DNA from: Fibrobacteria bacterium
Lineage (GTDB): Bacteria > Fibrobacterota > Fibrobacteria > UBA11236
Direction of reading: 5' to 3'
Assembly: GCA_043745805.1 (NCBI GenBank)
Contig: JAYTSD010000044.1
Coordinates: 1-64,000, forward strand
DNA: 64,000 nt
Positions 1 to 9,646 of this stretch are shown here, piece after piece. The notes under the pieces were generated by a model. It saw nothing but the letters and a program-made list of their open reading frames with translations. It ran no database searches and was not told where the DNA came from. A program made the position numbers and the translations under genes. How positions within the stretch are numbered: position 1 is the stretch's first letter; each line of letters opens with the position of its first letter.

Positions 1-152
1 TCGTTTGCTATACGGCGATAGCCGTAAGTTTGTCTACTTATATTGAAAAGGGCTTCTATCTCCACTATTAAGCGAGCATCTTTTTGCGGATTGCCTAAAT
101 GGTTTTTCCAAGTATGGTAACCGCTACGAGACACACGCATTACTCTGGACAT
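1..152 (-). mobile_element. IS3-family transposase OrfB N-terminal fragment (runs off window start)
   Basis: Manual minus-strand translation from ATG at 152: MSRVMRVSRSGYHTWKNH...DARLIVEIEALFNISRQTYGYRRIAN. Matches the IS3 OrfB pattern (CRVLGVSRSGYY...I..IF..SR.TYGYRRI). No orfA or left inverted repeat upstream. Confidence 0.8.
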
Positions 153-153
153 A

Positions 154-258
154 GCCGCTCTTAAAGTAAAAGTGAAGGCTCGCCTATCAGCTGATGCTAA
201 TGGCCATATCACCTATAGTGCCCGAGCAAATGCTATAAGCGGACAGGTTCCGAATTAA
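154..258 (+). pseudogene. Orphan 3' tail of a probable class I SAM-dependent methyltransferase
   Basis: Frame +1 reads AALKVKVKARLSADANGHITYSARANAISGQVPN*. This resembles the 'L.AD..G.I.YSARANA..G.VP' C-terminus of a methyltransferase family. No start codon; abuts the IS3 fragment. Confidence 0.5.
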
Positions 259-453
259 CATACAATTGTCAATGCTTGCCCAATCCGCAAAATTCTAAGT
301 CATCCAATTGAAATTAATACCTTAAGGATTTAGACAGGCCGTTTCTTTAACTTTCAGGATTGACCCATTTTCAATATTTATAGTAATATCGAGCTATAAA
401 TAATTCCAAAACTTACACAACTCATTTTTGGAATTAAATAGTGAGGGTTATTT

Positions 454-1419
454 GTGAATAAGAAAAAACTTCAAACTGATTTTTTAAAAAAGTTGGGCGG
501 ATATGGTTTTATTACAGCCATATTTAATGCTTTTCCGGATACACATATTTTTGTAAAAGATTTAAAGGGTCGGCATATATTTCAAAATGATTTGTTTGCT
601 TTGAAAAGAGGCTTTACGAGATCCGAAGATGCCATTGGTTATACTGCCTATCATTTCTCTCCCAAGGTTATAGCTGATAAATATACCATGGATGATAATT
701 CTGTATTTCAATCGGGCAAACCAATTATTAATCGCGAAGAAAAAATCTATTCGAGTACAAATAAACCGAAATGGTTTTCTACTACTAAAGTTCCGCTCTT
801 TGATGCAAAGGGAAAAGTTATAGGTTTAACAGGTATCTCCCGAGATATTAGTGAACTTAAATTGCTTGTGAAAAAAGTAGAATCGCAAAAAAAAGAATTG
901 GAAAAACAAACCATTCGAGATTCCTTGACCAATGCGCATAATCGAAGATTTCTCGAAAGTAATTTGGAAGTAGTATATGAATCCAGTAAGCGTTTAAATA
1001 AAGGAAGTTCACTTATAACCTTTGATTTAGATAAATTTAAAAAAATTAATGATACATATGGGCATGGGGCTGGAGACATTGTGCTTAAAAAATTTACCGA
1101 ATGTGTCTCGAGTACTCTGCGAAGGAAAACTGATTTTTTTATCCGTCATGGGGGTGATGAATTTATTTTATGCTTACTCGGAGCGGAAGTTGATTTTGCT
1201 GAAGGTTTAGCCGAAACTATTTTGAAAAACATTAAACTAATTAAATGGCCAAAACAAATATTTAAAGATGCGTCTTTTGCTTTATCTGTTTCTATTGGTA
1301 TTGCATCAGATACTACTACTGCCCCTGAAAAAAAATCTCTCGAAGATCTTTTGAAAAAAAGTGATCTCGCCGTTTATGAAGCTAAAGAAAAAGGCGGGAA
1401 TTGTGTGGTTTGTAAGTAA
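454..1419 (+). CDS. PAS-domain diguanylate cyclase (PAS + GGDEF)
   Basis: PAS/PAC motifs (IFVKDLKGR; STTKVPLFDAKGKVIGLTGISRDI), DSLT..HNRR, FDLDKFKKINDTYGH, intact GGDEF with an RxxD I-site (RKTD) five residues upstream. Confidence 0.95.
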   Translation: MNKKKLQTDFLKKLGGYGFITAIFNAFPDTHIFVKDLKGRHIFQNDLFALKRGFTRSEDAIGYTAYHFSPKVIADKYTMDDNSVFQSGKPIINREEKIYSSTNKPKWFSTTKVPLFDAKGKVIGLTGISRDISELKLLVKKVESQKKELEKQTIRDSLTNAHNRRFLESNLEVVYESSKRLNKGSSLITFDLDKFKKINDTYGHGAGDIVLKKFTECVSSTLRRKTDFFIRHGGDEFILCLLGAEVDFAEGLAETILKNIKLIKWPKQIFKDASFALSVSIGIASDTTTAPEKKSLEDLLKKSDLAVYEAKEKGGNCVVCK

Positions 1420-1468
1420 ATAAATTTGCCAATAGAATTTTTATTACTGTTTCAAGCGCCACGAAGGT

Positions 1469-2343
1469 CTATCGGTATTTTCTGATTACCTTCGTGACGA
1501 ATATTTCCCTACTTCGACTGCTTCTCGGATATGCGTATAAAGCATAATCCTGAAATGTTGGATTTGATCAATACCGTCGAAGCATCTCCGCTGATGTTTC
1601 CGGATTGAAGCACCTTGCCCGAGTAGTCAAAAACGGAAATGGAAATCTGCTTCCGCATGAACCCAGCCTCGAACCATGACCAATTCGCATGGCCGGTGTC
1701 CAAGTTTTCATCGCCCCAAGTCTCGAATCCGTGGTGGAGGGTATCTGATTGGATGAGCGACGTTCCGGAACCGATCTGGATCATTTTCTTATTCGGATCG
1801 AATTCCATCACTCCGATACTTCCATTAGCACCCAAACCGTTATAGCAATAAACGCGTCCGTCATCATCTAGAAATAGATTGGGATCGCCGCGCTCGCTAC
1901 GAGCGATTTATCGATGCCATTCCAGATGTCCGCTCCACAGACTCCGCCTTTGGGATCGGTCGTTGCATACATGCTGCCGCCCTCAGAAAATGTATAATAC
2001 ATGGCGTCTCCCTTGACCATGACACCTGGCGCATACTTGACAAGTCAAGGCCCGTAGGGATCACAAAATGCCAATCCCGCATATCGGAGGACCACCAATA
2101 TCCGCCCGCATGGGATGAAAAAAGGGGAAAATCTCCCTTGTATACGACCATATCCGGATCGGCCCCTTCGCGATAGGCTTACCCGTTGCGAACCTCCCAG
2201 AAGTTATAGTTGATATCGATCGGGTTGCAATAAGTGTTCTTCAAGGGATTTACTGGCGCTGCCGACACCCTTGCGGACAACGCGGCGCCCGCCATGAAAA
2301 CCAAGAATGTACCGACAATAGAGGTTACGTATGTCTTTTTCAT
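1469..2343 (-). pseudogene. Degraded secreted GH43-like glycoside hydrolase with T9SS-like tail
   Basis: ATG 2343 and signal peptide, then TYCNPIDINY, in-frame TAA (2181-2179), YREGADP, GGYWWSSD, frameshifts, DPNLFLDDDGRVY and WFEAGFMRK. It then jumps directly to a CTD-like tail (ISVFDYSGK...GLCFIRI). Covers track ORFs 1897..2151 and 1509..1835; visibly more GC-rich than its flanks. Confidence 0.8.
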
Positions 2344-2365
2344 AGTTCTAATATAAACCCAAACC

Positions 2366-2824
2366 TCAATTCCAATTATCGATTTTCACATCATTTGGTG
2401 AAGGTTTTCCTTTACCAGTTTCAACCAACTGTTTTAGACTCAACATAAATGTGGCCCATTTCATACTACAATGACCCATAAATTCGAGTGGCTCTCGCCA
2501 ATTTTTATGGTAGAAAAGCACAATAGAATAATCGTCTACTTGTGAAAGCTCAAATACCACATCCGTACCTAACCATTCTTCAGGCCCTTTTGTAAAACGC
2601 CATTGAACTTTTTTATTCGGAATAAGCTCCGTCACCTCAAGATTCATGCTTCCAATTTCAATACTCTCTAAAGTAAGAAAGCGAACCTCAACTTTTCCTC
2701 CCGCCTTGGATTCACCGGTTGTTGAGGTCGTCCACCAATTAGCTATTCCATCCACTGTAGCCACAGCTGCATAGACATCTGCTATCGGGGCTTTAATTCC
2801 AACTCTATGAAATATATCTACCAT
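2366..2824 (-). CDS. SRPBCC/AHSA1 (START-like) domain protein
   Basis: I.API..VY.AVAT..GIA.WW at the N-terminus, W...L.SLKQLVETGKG.P at the C-terminus. Confidence 0.9.
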   Translation of the reverse strand: MVDIFHRVGIKAPIADVYAAVATVDGIANWWTTSTTGESKAGGKVEVRFLTLESIEIGSMNLEVTELIPNKKVQWRFTKGPEEWLGTDVVFELSQVDDYSIVLFYHKNWREPLEFMGHCSMKWATFMLSLKQLVETGKGKPSPNDVKIDNWN

Positions 2825-2903
2825 ATTTACTCCTTCTTGAATTTGGATAACCTGATTTACTTTTATTACTTGTATTTTGCAAGTAATAATTTATTTTTAA
2901 GGG

Positions 2904-3353
2904 GTGAGAATTTCTGATACAAATCTAAGATCGCATTGTCCTATCAATTTCGGTTTAGAAGCTTTTGGTGACAAATGGTCTTTATTGATATTGCGAGATA
3001 TTATTTTTCGCGGAAAAAATGCTTATGGAGAATTTCTTAAGTCGGAAGAAAAAATTGCCACTAATATTTTAGCCGCTCGATTAGTCAAATTGGAAGAAGT
3101 TGGAATACTTAAAAAACATAATAACCCCGAGGACGCTCGCAAGGACATTTATTTTCTTACTGAGAAAGGTTTGGATTTAATTCCGCTGTTATTTGAAATG
3201 ATTCTATGGAGTGCAAAATATGATTCCAAATCCGAAGCCAATAGAATTAAACGTTTAATGAAATTGATTCATGTTAATAATCGTAAAATAAGCCAAAAAA
3301 TTATGACAAAAGTTAAAAATGGGAAAGGAATTTTTCCGGAATATTTGGATTAA
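2904..3353 (+). CDS. HxlR-family winged-helix transcriptional regulator
   Basis: RSHCPINFGLEAFGDKWSLLILRD...IATNILAARL..LE..G...Y.LTEKG; divergent from the SRPBCC gene. Confidence 0.92.
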   Translation: MRISDTNLRSHCPINFGLEAFGDKWSLLILRDIIFRGKNAYGEFLKSEEKIATNILAARLVKLEEVGILKKHNNPEDARKDIYFLTEKGLDLIPLLFEMILWSAKYDSKSEANRIKRLMKLIHVNNRKISQKIMTKVKNGKGIFPEYLD

Positions 3354-3610
3354 GAATTTTTATTCCCTAGTCATGTAGAAGCGTTTCGGAATACTCGGAC
3401 TGGGCTGGTTGGGAATATCAGATAATACCCTGACTTGAGAAAACATCTATAATCTTGCTTAAATAGTTCCATTAATTTCTACTTGATGTTATTGTATTAA
3501 CCGCAAAAATTAAGCAAATTTTATTTAGCGTCATTAGATAGTGGCATGCTTTATTTATCTATGTCAAAATAGGATTAAGGAATTTCGTCGCTTAGCGAAA
3601 TGGGTTAGCC

Positions 3611-6187
3611 GTGAAAAAAATTTGGATATTTTTAATTCCCCCGATTATACTCCTTGGTCTATTGGCGTATTTCCTCATCCATAATCCCCTCACAAAAATT
3701 GTTTCCGACATTGTTTTAAATCTCCCCGAACTTCACTCCTTGCATATAAAAATGGGCAAAGTATCTCCCACCCTTTCGGGTAAGGTAAACATTAAAGATT
3801 TATCCATTTTTGGGGAAAATATATTACGTATCCCAACGGTTACCTTTACGGTTTCACCTACGCAATTATTGTTGGGGAAAATACGCATACAGACGGTATC
3901 AATCGATACCCTCAGCCTGGCCCCAATGGAGTTTATGAAAGCAAAAAATGAACTTCCTTTGAGTCGCATGAATTGGCTGCGCGGCAAATTAACGGATATG
4001 CAAATCTCTGACCTAACTGTGGATTATACGCAAAGTTTATCCGGACCTTTATTCACATGCGGGAGAATAAAAGTGCATAATGCAAATATTTCACAAAATA
4101 ATTTACAAGTGCAGTTACAAGCGGAAAATATTGCATTTACAAAATATCCCAAAATAAATGCCGTAACTTTCACGTTAATTTCGGATTCCAATAAAACAGC
4201 GATTAATAATTTACAAATCCACAGCAACGACGGTGTAGCAAAAGGGGCAATGGCTATTAACATAAAAGCCTCTACTTTTCCCTTTCAAGGGCAATTGGTT
4301 TTTAGCAAAATAAATTTGCAACCCCTTAGCGCAAGCGGTTTATTTGATAAAGCCCTTGTACGTGGATGGGCCAATGGACAAATGAAGTTTAATGGTTTAT
4401 TAACTGATAAAAATAGCCTTACTGCTACCGGACATTTGAGTGTATTGGAATTGAGCCTAAAAAACTTCCCGTTGCAGCAGCATCGCCTAATTGACACTTA
4501 CTTTTCAGATTTAAAAGATTTAAAATTCGATAAATTGGAAATCGCTGATTTTAGCTTTCAACAAAATCATGTAGTACTTTCAAAAGTAGTGGGCCAAGGC
4601 AAGCAATGTTCTTTTATTGGACAAGGAAATTTTACCGTCAAAACAAATACCCCTTTTCACTTTGTCTTCAATTTGGCCCCTAGTAAAAATTTCTGTGGGC
4701 TACCTGTCTCTTGGAAGGAAATGAAAATTAATGTCGAAAGAAATACGAATAAACTTCTCCGAGCAAATATTGAATCTAAAGATTTACTAATCCCCAACTT
4801 ACCTCCAATAAATTCTGTAACTTGTGCGTTAAGTGCCGATACAAAAAAAATTGCCTTAAATGATTTACAAATGCAATTTGCGGAGGGTGAAGTTAAAGGT
4901 GAGTTAATTTTAGCTATCGAGTCCATTCATTTTCCTTTTAATGGGCATTTGGTTTTTGATAAAATAAATTTGGAACGCTTTTCCAAAATGGTTTTTTTTG
5001 ATCAAGGGGTAATTAGCGGGCAGGCCCAAGGACAAATTAAACTGCGAGGATTATTGACCGATAAAAGTAGCTTAGAGGTAGCGGGAGATTTAAATATTCT
5101 GCAAATGCGTTTAAAAGATTTTCCCTTTCAACAAGGCCCAGCGGTTGTCCAATTTTTATCTAGTTTGAAGGAACTCAGTTTTTCAAACCTGTCCATTCCC
5201 GATTTTTATCTGAAAAAGGGCCACCTAGTCGCTGCTAAAATTATGGGGCAAGGAAAACAAATTTGCATTGCAGGCACTGGAAATATTGAGGTAAATGGAA
5301 CTCATACTTTTCAATTAAATCTCAATGTTGGGCGCAGTAAAAATTTATTGGGACTCCCTTTCTCTTTAAGTGAAATGAAAATTTATGTCGAAAGAAACTG
5401 TGATCGCATTCTCTATTCCAATATTTTTATACGTGACATCGTTGCCTCTAAATTTCCAACATTGAATACCGTAACATTCAAGTTAATCGCTGATTCCAAA
5501 AAAGCCGCCATTAATGACTTGCAAATTCATGGAGCTGATGGGGACGTCAAAGGGAATGTGGTAGTGGAAGTAAAATCTGCGTCTTTACCCTATAATGGAC
5601 AATTGACTTTTAGTAAAATAAATTTGGATCGCTTTGCAGCCAGAGGATTTTTTAATCATGCCCTAGTTAAAGGTATCGTTCAAGGACAGGTGAAATTCCG
5701 AGGGATTTTAACTGATAAAAATAGCTTAGATGCGAAAGGAAGTTTAAGCGCTTTTAATATGCGATTAAAAAACTTTCCTTTTCAACATGAGCAGGCTATC
5801 GATAAATATTTGCCTAGTTTAAAAGACCTTAATTTTCGCTTGCTAAGTATTCCTAATTTTCAATGGCAAAAAAGCCGCATGAATATTACACAGGTAACCG
5901 GCCAAGGTGATCAACTTTCCTTTTTAGGAAAAGGGAAAATCTCAAGTACCGGCACTCATGCCTTTCATTTGCAATGTCGCTTAAGTCAGAAATGTTATCA
6001 GTCTTTAAATATTATTGTCCGTCAAGGCGTAACGAATGCCAAAGGCGAACCGGAATTTGGCTTTGTAGTGAAAGGCAATTTAAATGATCAGTCAGTGATA
6101 CTGGATAGAACTATAGGTACTATCGTTAAAGAAAAAATCAAAAGGCTCGGTAATGATTTTCTCGATGAATTTGATTTAACGCTTTGA
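3611..6187 (+). CDS. Membrane-anchored AsmA-like beta-rich protein with three 218-aa internal repeats
   Basis: N-terminal TM helix, alternating beta-strand pattern, G(L/I)LTDK motif at 4394, 5048 and 5702 (654-bp period), AsmA-like C-terminus (F.VKG.L..). Confidence 0.7.
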   Translation: MKKIWIFLIPPIILLGLLAYFLIHNPLTKIVSDIVLNLPELHSLHIKMGKVSPTLSGKVNIKDLSIFGENILRIPTVTFTVSPTQLLLGKIRIQTVSIDTLSLAPMEFMKAKNELPLSRMNWLRGKLTDMQISDLTVDYTQSLSGPLFTCGRIKVHNANISQNNLQVQLQAENIAFTKYPKINAVTFTLISDSNKTAINNLQIHSNDGVAKGAMAINIKASTFPFQGQLVFSKINLQPLSASGLFDKALVRGWANGQMKFNGLLTDKNSLTATGHLSVLELSLKNFPLQQHRLIDTYFSDLKDLKFDKLEIADFSFQQNHVVLSKVVGQGKQCSFIGQGNFTVKTNTPFHFVFNLAPSKNFCGLPVSWKEMKINVERNTNKLLRANIESKDLLIPNLPPINSVTCALSADTKKIALNDLQMQFAEGEVKGELILAIESIHFPFNGHLVFDKINLERFSKMVFFDQGVISGQAQGQIKLRGLLTDKSSLEVAGDLNILQMRLKDFPFQQGPAVVQFLSSLKELSFSNLSIPDFYLKKGHLVAAKIMGQGKQICIAGTGNIEVNGTHTFQLNLNVGRSKNLLGLPFSLSEMKIYVERNCDRILYSNIFIRDIVASKFPTLNTVTFKLIADSKKAAINDLQIHGADGDVKGNVVVEVKSASLPYNGQLTFSKINLDRFAARGFFNHALVKGIVQGQVKFRGILTDKNSLDAKGSLSAFNMRLKNFPFQHEQAIDKYLPSLKDLNFRLLSIPNFQWQKSRMNITQVTGQGDQLSFLGKGKISSTGTHAFHLQCRLSQKCYQSLNIIVRQGVTNAKGEPEFGFVVKGNLNDQSVILDRTIGTIVKEKIKRLGNDFLDEFDLTL

Positions 6188-6193
6188 AAAATA

Positions 6194-6844
6194 CTAAATC
6201 GTTCCCAACCGTTCCACAATAAGCCCTCTAGCCCTATGCAAGCGCACTCGAATTAAGGTTTCGGAAATGCCCAGAATTTCTGCAGCATCTTCTCCGCCGA
6301 CACCATCCAAATCTCGAAGCTGATAAACATCTCGATAGATTTTTGGAAGTTGATTTGAAATTTTTAAAATATTATTGACCAATTTATTTTGAAAATACAT
6401 TTCATCGATAGGTAACTCACGTGTATCGGAAATTTCCCACACTTCTTCGAAAGCAATATTTTCCATCTCAAAATTTTTATAGCGATACTTTTGTGCCAAG
6501 GCATCGCATGCTTTTCGATAAGCTAAAGAATAAATCCAAGTGCTAAGCTTGCATTTTCCCTCGAACCGCTTTAATCCGCGATGCACACCCAAAAATGTTT
6601 CTTGCAAGGCATCTTGAATAGTTTCTTCATGGGATAGGTAACGTCTAAGAAACTGGGTTATTTTTGGAGTTAGATTAATCACTAATTTCCGAAAAGCTTT
6701 TTGAAACAAAACCTTTTCACTTTTCAATGCTTGTAAAAATTCTTGGGAATTGATTTCGGCAAAAGAGCCTAGAGAAATATTTTCTTCCAAGGGCATTCCC
6801 TTTAATTTTATCTGCGGCTTTTGCTTAACAAGCAGTAATTCCAT
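6194..6844 (-). CDS. ECF-type sigma-70 factor
   Basis: Region 2 DALQETFL...F.GKCKLSTWIY; region 4 LP..YR.V..LRD.DG...E.AAEILGISE..IRVRLHRAR. Confidence 0.92.
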   Translation of the reverse strand: MELLLVKQKPQIKLKGMPLEENISLGSFAEINSQEFLQALKSEKVLFQKAFRKLVINLTPKITQFLRRYLSHEETIQDALQETFLGVHRGLKRFEGKCKLSTWIYSLAYRKACDALAQKYRYKNFEMENIAFEEVWEISDTRELPIDEMYFQNKLVNNILKISNQLPKIYRDVYQLRDLDGVGGEDAAEILGISETLIRVRLHRARGLIVERLGTI

Positions 6845-7048
6845 TTTGACTCCCTATTTATCCGAGGAGTAATCCTTAGACTGGAATAAAATTACCACTT
6901 GATTTTGTTGGAGCACCCTCAAAAAATATAATATCCGTATACATTTGTTAACAAAGGATCTATTTTTAATCTTGGAATATGGCCTTATTTCAGGTACACT
7001 TAAATGACCTAATTAAGCCATGTACTGAGGGCTAGAATCGATATTATT

Positions 7049-7882
7049 ATGGAAAAGCAAGAACCTGACATTCTGCACTATTCTAACTTTAGAATTTATT
7101 TAAATGATTATTATGATTTTAAGAAAATACAGTTGCCGATATTCTCTCATCGCTATTTCGCTCAAAAAGCAGGTCTTTCTAGTCCCAATTATTTAAAGCT
7201 GGTGATGGATGGGCAAAGAAATTTAACCCAAAAATCCATGCTTAAATTTCAAAATGCTTTAGGCCTCAAAGGAAAGCGCGCAGAATTCTTTGAAAATTTG
7301 GTATTTTTCAATCAGGCTACTTCTAGCGGAGAGAGAAATCTTTATTATGCTAATATTCTCAAGGTACGTGCAAAAGCAGGGCTTCGAAAATTGGAAGAGG
7401 CAGAATTTCAACTTTTCAATGATTGGCGCCACATTGTGATTCGTGAATTAGCCGCGGTAAAGGGATTTAGAACCGATGCCCATTGGATTGCTAAAAAAAT
7501 TGGATCGGGAATAACCGAAAAAGAAGCGGAAGAATCTTTGAAATTACTTTCGGCTTTAGGTTTACTTAAAAAAACCGCCAATGGTTTAAAACAAACGAGT
7601 GTTAATATTACTACATCTGATGAAGTCCGCTCCTTATTGGTAAAAAACTATCATCGCCAAATGTTACAATTAAGTATGACGGCTATGGAGCGTGTTCCTG
7701 CAAAATTAAGAGATATTTCCTCTATAACAATCCCTATTCATATTCGCGATTTATCCAAAATCAAAGAACAAGTGCAATTAATGCGCAAAGAACTTTTGAA
7801 TATGGCAGCCGAACCCGGAGAAGGGGAGGATATTCTCCAAATTAATATTCAACTTTTTCCTCTAACCGAACCTGTGGTTTAA
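7049..7882 (+). CDS. TIGR02147 (DUF4423) family protein, putative HTH regulator, copy 1
   Basis: Y..FR.YL.DYY...K...FSHRYFAQKAGLSSPNYLKLVMDGQRNL; W.H.VIREL; RDISSIT; QINIQLFPL. Confidence 0.9.
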   Translation: MEKQEPDILHYSNFRIYLNDYYDFKKIQLPIFSHRYFAQKAGLSSPNYLKLVMDGQRNLTQKSMLKFQNALGLKGKRAEFFENLVFFNQATSSGERNLYYANILKVRAKAGLRKLEEAEFQLFNDWRHIVIRELAAVKGFRTDAHWIAKKIGSGITEKEAEESLKLLSALGLLKKTANGLKQTSVNITTSDEVRSLLVKNYHRQMLQLSMTAMERVPAKLRDISSITIPIHIRDLSKIKEQVQLMRKELLNMAAEPGEGEDILQINIQLFPLTEPVV

Positions 7883-7886
7883 ATTA

Positions 7887-8597
7887 ATGTTAACTTATAG
7901 GTTACTATTATTTTTCGCTTTATGCTTTGCAAGCTGCGAATCCAATCGTATCGCAGGAACCGAAGTGGGCAATCCAGAATTAACAGTTTCTGCCCGTTTT
8001 ATAATCATAGGCAATAATGATTCTCTCACGCTTACCGATATGCAATTTAAATGCATGGGAATGGCTTATCATAGTAATTCTACCGCTGATAGTATGCTAT
8101 GGAATATGCCTGCAGGTAATATGGTTAATCTTGCTGAGTCCTCTTTATCTGAAAATTTAAAACCCATCACTATTAAATCGGATAGCTGGAATAAAGCGGA
8201 AATGTTCTTGAATACGCCATTAGGCAACTCTAGCTTGCCCGATACCACGGATTTTAAAAATTGGACTAATCCACGTTATGCTAAAATTATTAAGCTTCAT
8301 CAAAGTGAAGAACAGCATTATCTTTTTGAGATGCCGCAAGGCATGAGAATTAAATTAATGTTTGATAAACCCACCATCAGCTCATGGATTAAAAAAGATA
8401 CCATGGCAATCACAATTCCTTTCGATGCGGTCAAATGGTTTTCCGTTTTAATGCAGGAACCTGCCTTGCAATCTCGTAAAGACGGGCTTGGGATGGACTA
8501 TCATATTTTAAGTTCAACCGAAAACACTAAGACTTATAATCAATTGAAGTCTATGTTACCGCAATGTTTTAAGTCGGATTCTACGGTAATGTTTTGA
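7887..8597 (+). CDS. Lipoprotein with AGTEVGNP motif after the lipid Cys
   Basis: Lipobox FASC, then ESNRIAGTEVGNP; starts 4 nt after the TIGR02147 stop. Confidence 0.8.
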   Translation: MLTYRLLLFFALCFASCESNRIAGTEVGNPELTVSARFIIIGNNDSLTLTDMQFKCMGMAYHSNSTADSMLWNMPAGNMVNLAESSLSENLKPITIKSDSWNKAEMFLNTPLGNSSLPDTTDFKNWTNPRYAKIIKLHQSEEQHYLFEMPQGMRIKLMFDKPTISSWIKKDTMAITIPFDAVKWFSVLMQEPALQSRKDGLGMDYHILSSTENTKTYNQLKSMLPQCFKSDSTVMF

Positions 8598-8605
8598 AAG
8601 ATCGA

Positions 8606-9211
8606 CTAGTTTTTAAACCAACCGGTAAAACTAAATCGGTCCATTTGATTCAATAGAACCTCATGTTCAAATTCACGACTTAAAAAACACACAAGAGTTC
8701 CACCTATTGGCTCAATATCTCTAGAAATTTCTTTATCATGAATCCTTAAGACGCCCCCATCTTCGCTTTTCCATTGATTATTTAAATACAGAATTATGGA
8801 AATCGTACGTTTATCATCATCCTTAAAACTATCCAAATGCCTTTTATAAAATCCCCCCTTGGGGTAACTTGCATAATGCCCTTCAAATTCTTTGAGCCCC
8901 AAATAAAGTGTCCGATTGAAAGCTTGTTTTAAGAAATTTATTTTTTTCCAAAGTTCTTTTTGAATTAAGTTTGCCAACAATTCATCAAGCCAAAAAATTT
9001 CATCTCGCCTAACTTGATCGTGAATACCTAAATCTATTCCTTTGCCTATGCCTGCGCGCTTAAACTCACCTAATTCGTAAATACGCTTAAGATCCCCTAA
9101 AACCTTTTGCAACATTTCCGCATTTAAAAAATTAGGAGTTACGCATATTCCAGTAGCACCTAGTTTTTTCGCAAGGGACTCAAATTTTATCAATACGGGC
9201 CTTCCCAGCAA
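8606..9211 (-). CDS. 2OG-Fe(II) oxygenase, PHD/EGL-9-like prolyl-hydroxylase type
   Basis: R.D.I.W; Y..GGFYKRHLD (HxD); LYLN..W...DGG.LR; EHEV (distal His); R.S.TGWF. Confidence 0.88.
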   Translation of the reverse strand: MLGRPVLIKFESLAKKLGATGICVTPNFLNAEMLQKVLGDLKRIYELGEFKRAGIGKGIDLGIHDQVRRDEIFWLDELLANLIQKELWKKINFLKQAFNRTLYLGLKEFEGHYASYPKGGFYKRHLDSFKDDDKRTISIILYLNNQWKSEDGGVLRIHDKEISRDIEPIGGTLVCFLSREFEHEVLLNQMDRFSFTGWFKN

Positions 9212-9243
9212 GTGTTCTTGCTTAAGTATTCTGACCTTAATAA

Positions 9244-9555
9244 AGTAGTTTCAATAGTCACATTTTAAACTATGCATTTTTCACCTTTGATGATGGAAGT
9301 TCACAATTCGAATTTAATCCTAATAATGGAACTAGTAACATAAAATTTTCTATTGGAGAAGGGGGTATCATTTCCGCGAGTTACACTAATGGAGTGTTCC
9401 GAGAGCTTTTTCAAATTCCGCTTGCAGATTTTCCCAATAAAAATGGACTAAAAGTTGTAGGAAAGAAATCTTTATTAGAAACAAAAGCATCGGGAAAGCC
9501 GTGGTTACCGGAATATGTTATAGAAAGTTATACGATAACTTTTAATCTGTCCTAA
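9244..9555 (+). pseudogene. Flagellar hook protein FlgE-like remnant (no start codon at its 5' end)
   Basis: Stop-to-stop frame +1 reads ...FTFDDGSSQFEFNPNNGTSNIKFSIGEGGIISASYTNGVFRELFQIPLADFPNKNGLKVVGKKSLLETKASGKP... Matches FlgE 'SI...G.I...YSNG..R.L.QI.LA.F.N..GL...G.....ET..SG.P'; the terminal D0 helix is missing. Confidence 0.7.
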
Positions 9556-9646
9556 CTATACTTTTTTCTCCTTATTTTAATTATTTTACCCCGAAGCGTA
9601 GTTAGTTAGTTGGAATTAATTAATTCAATATAAACTGTGAGGATAA

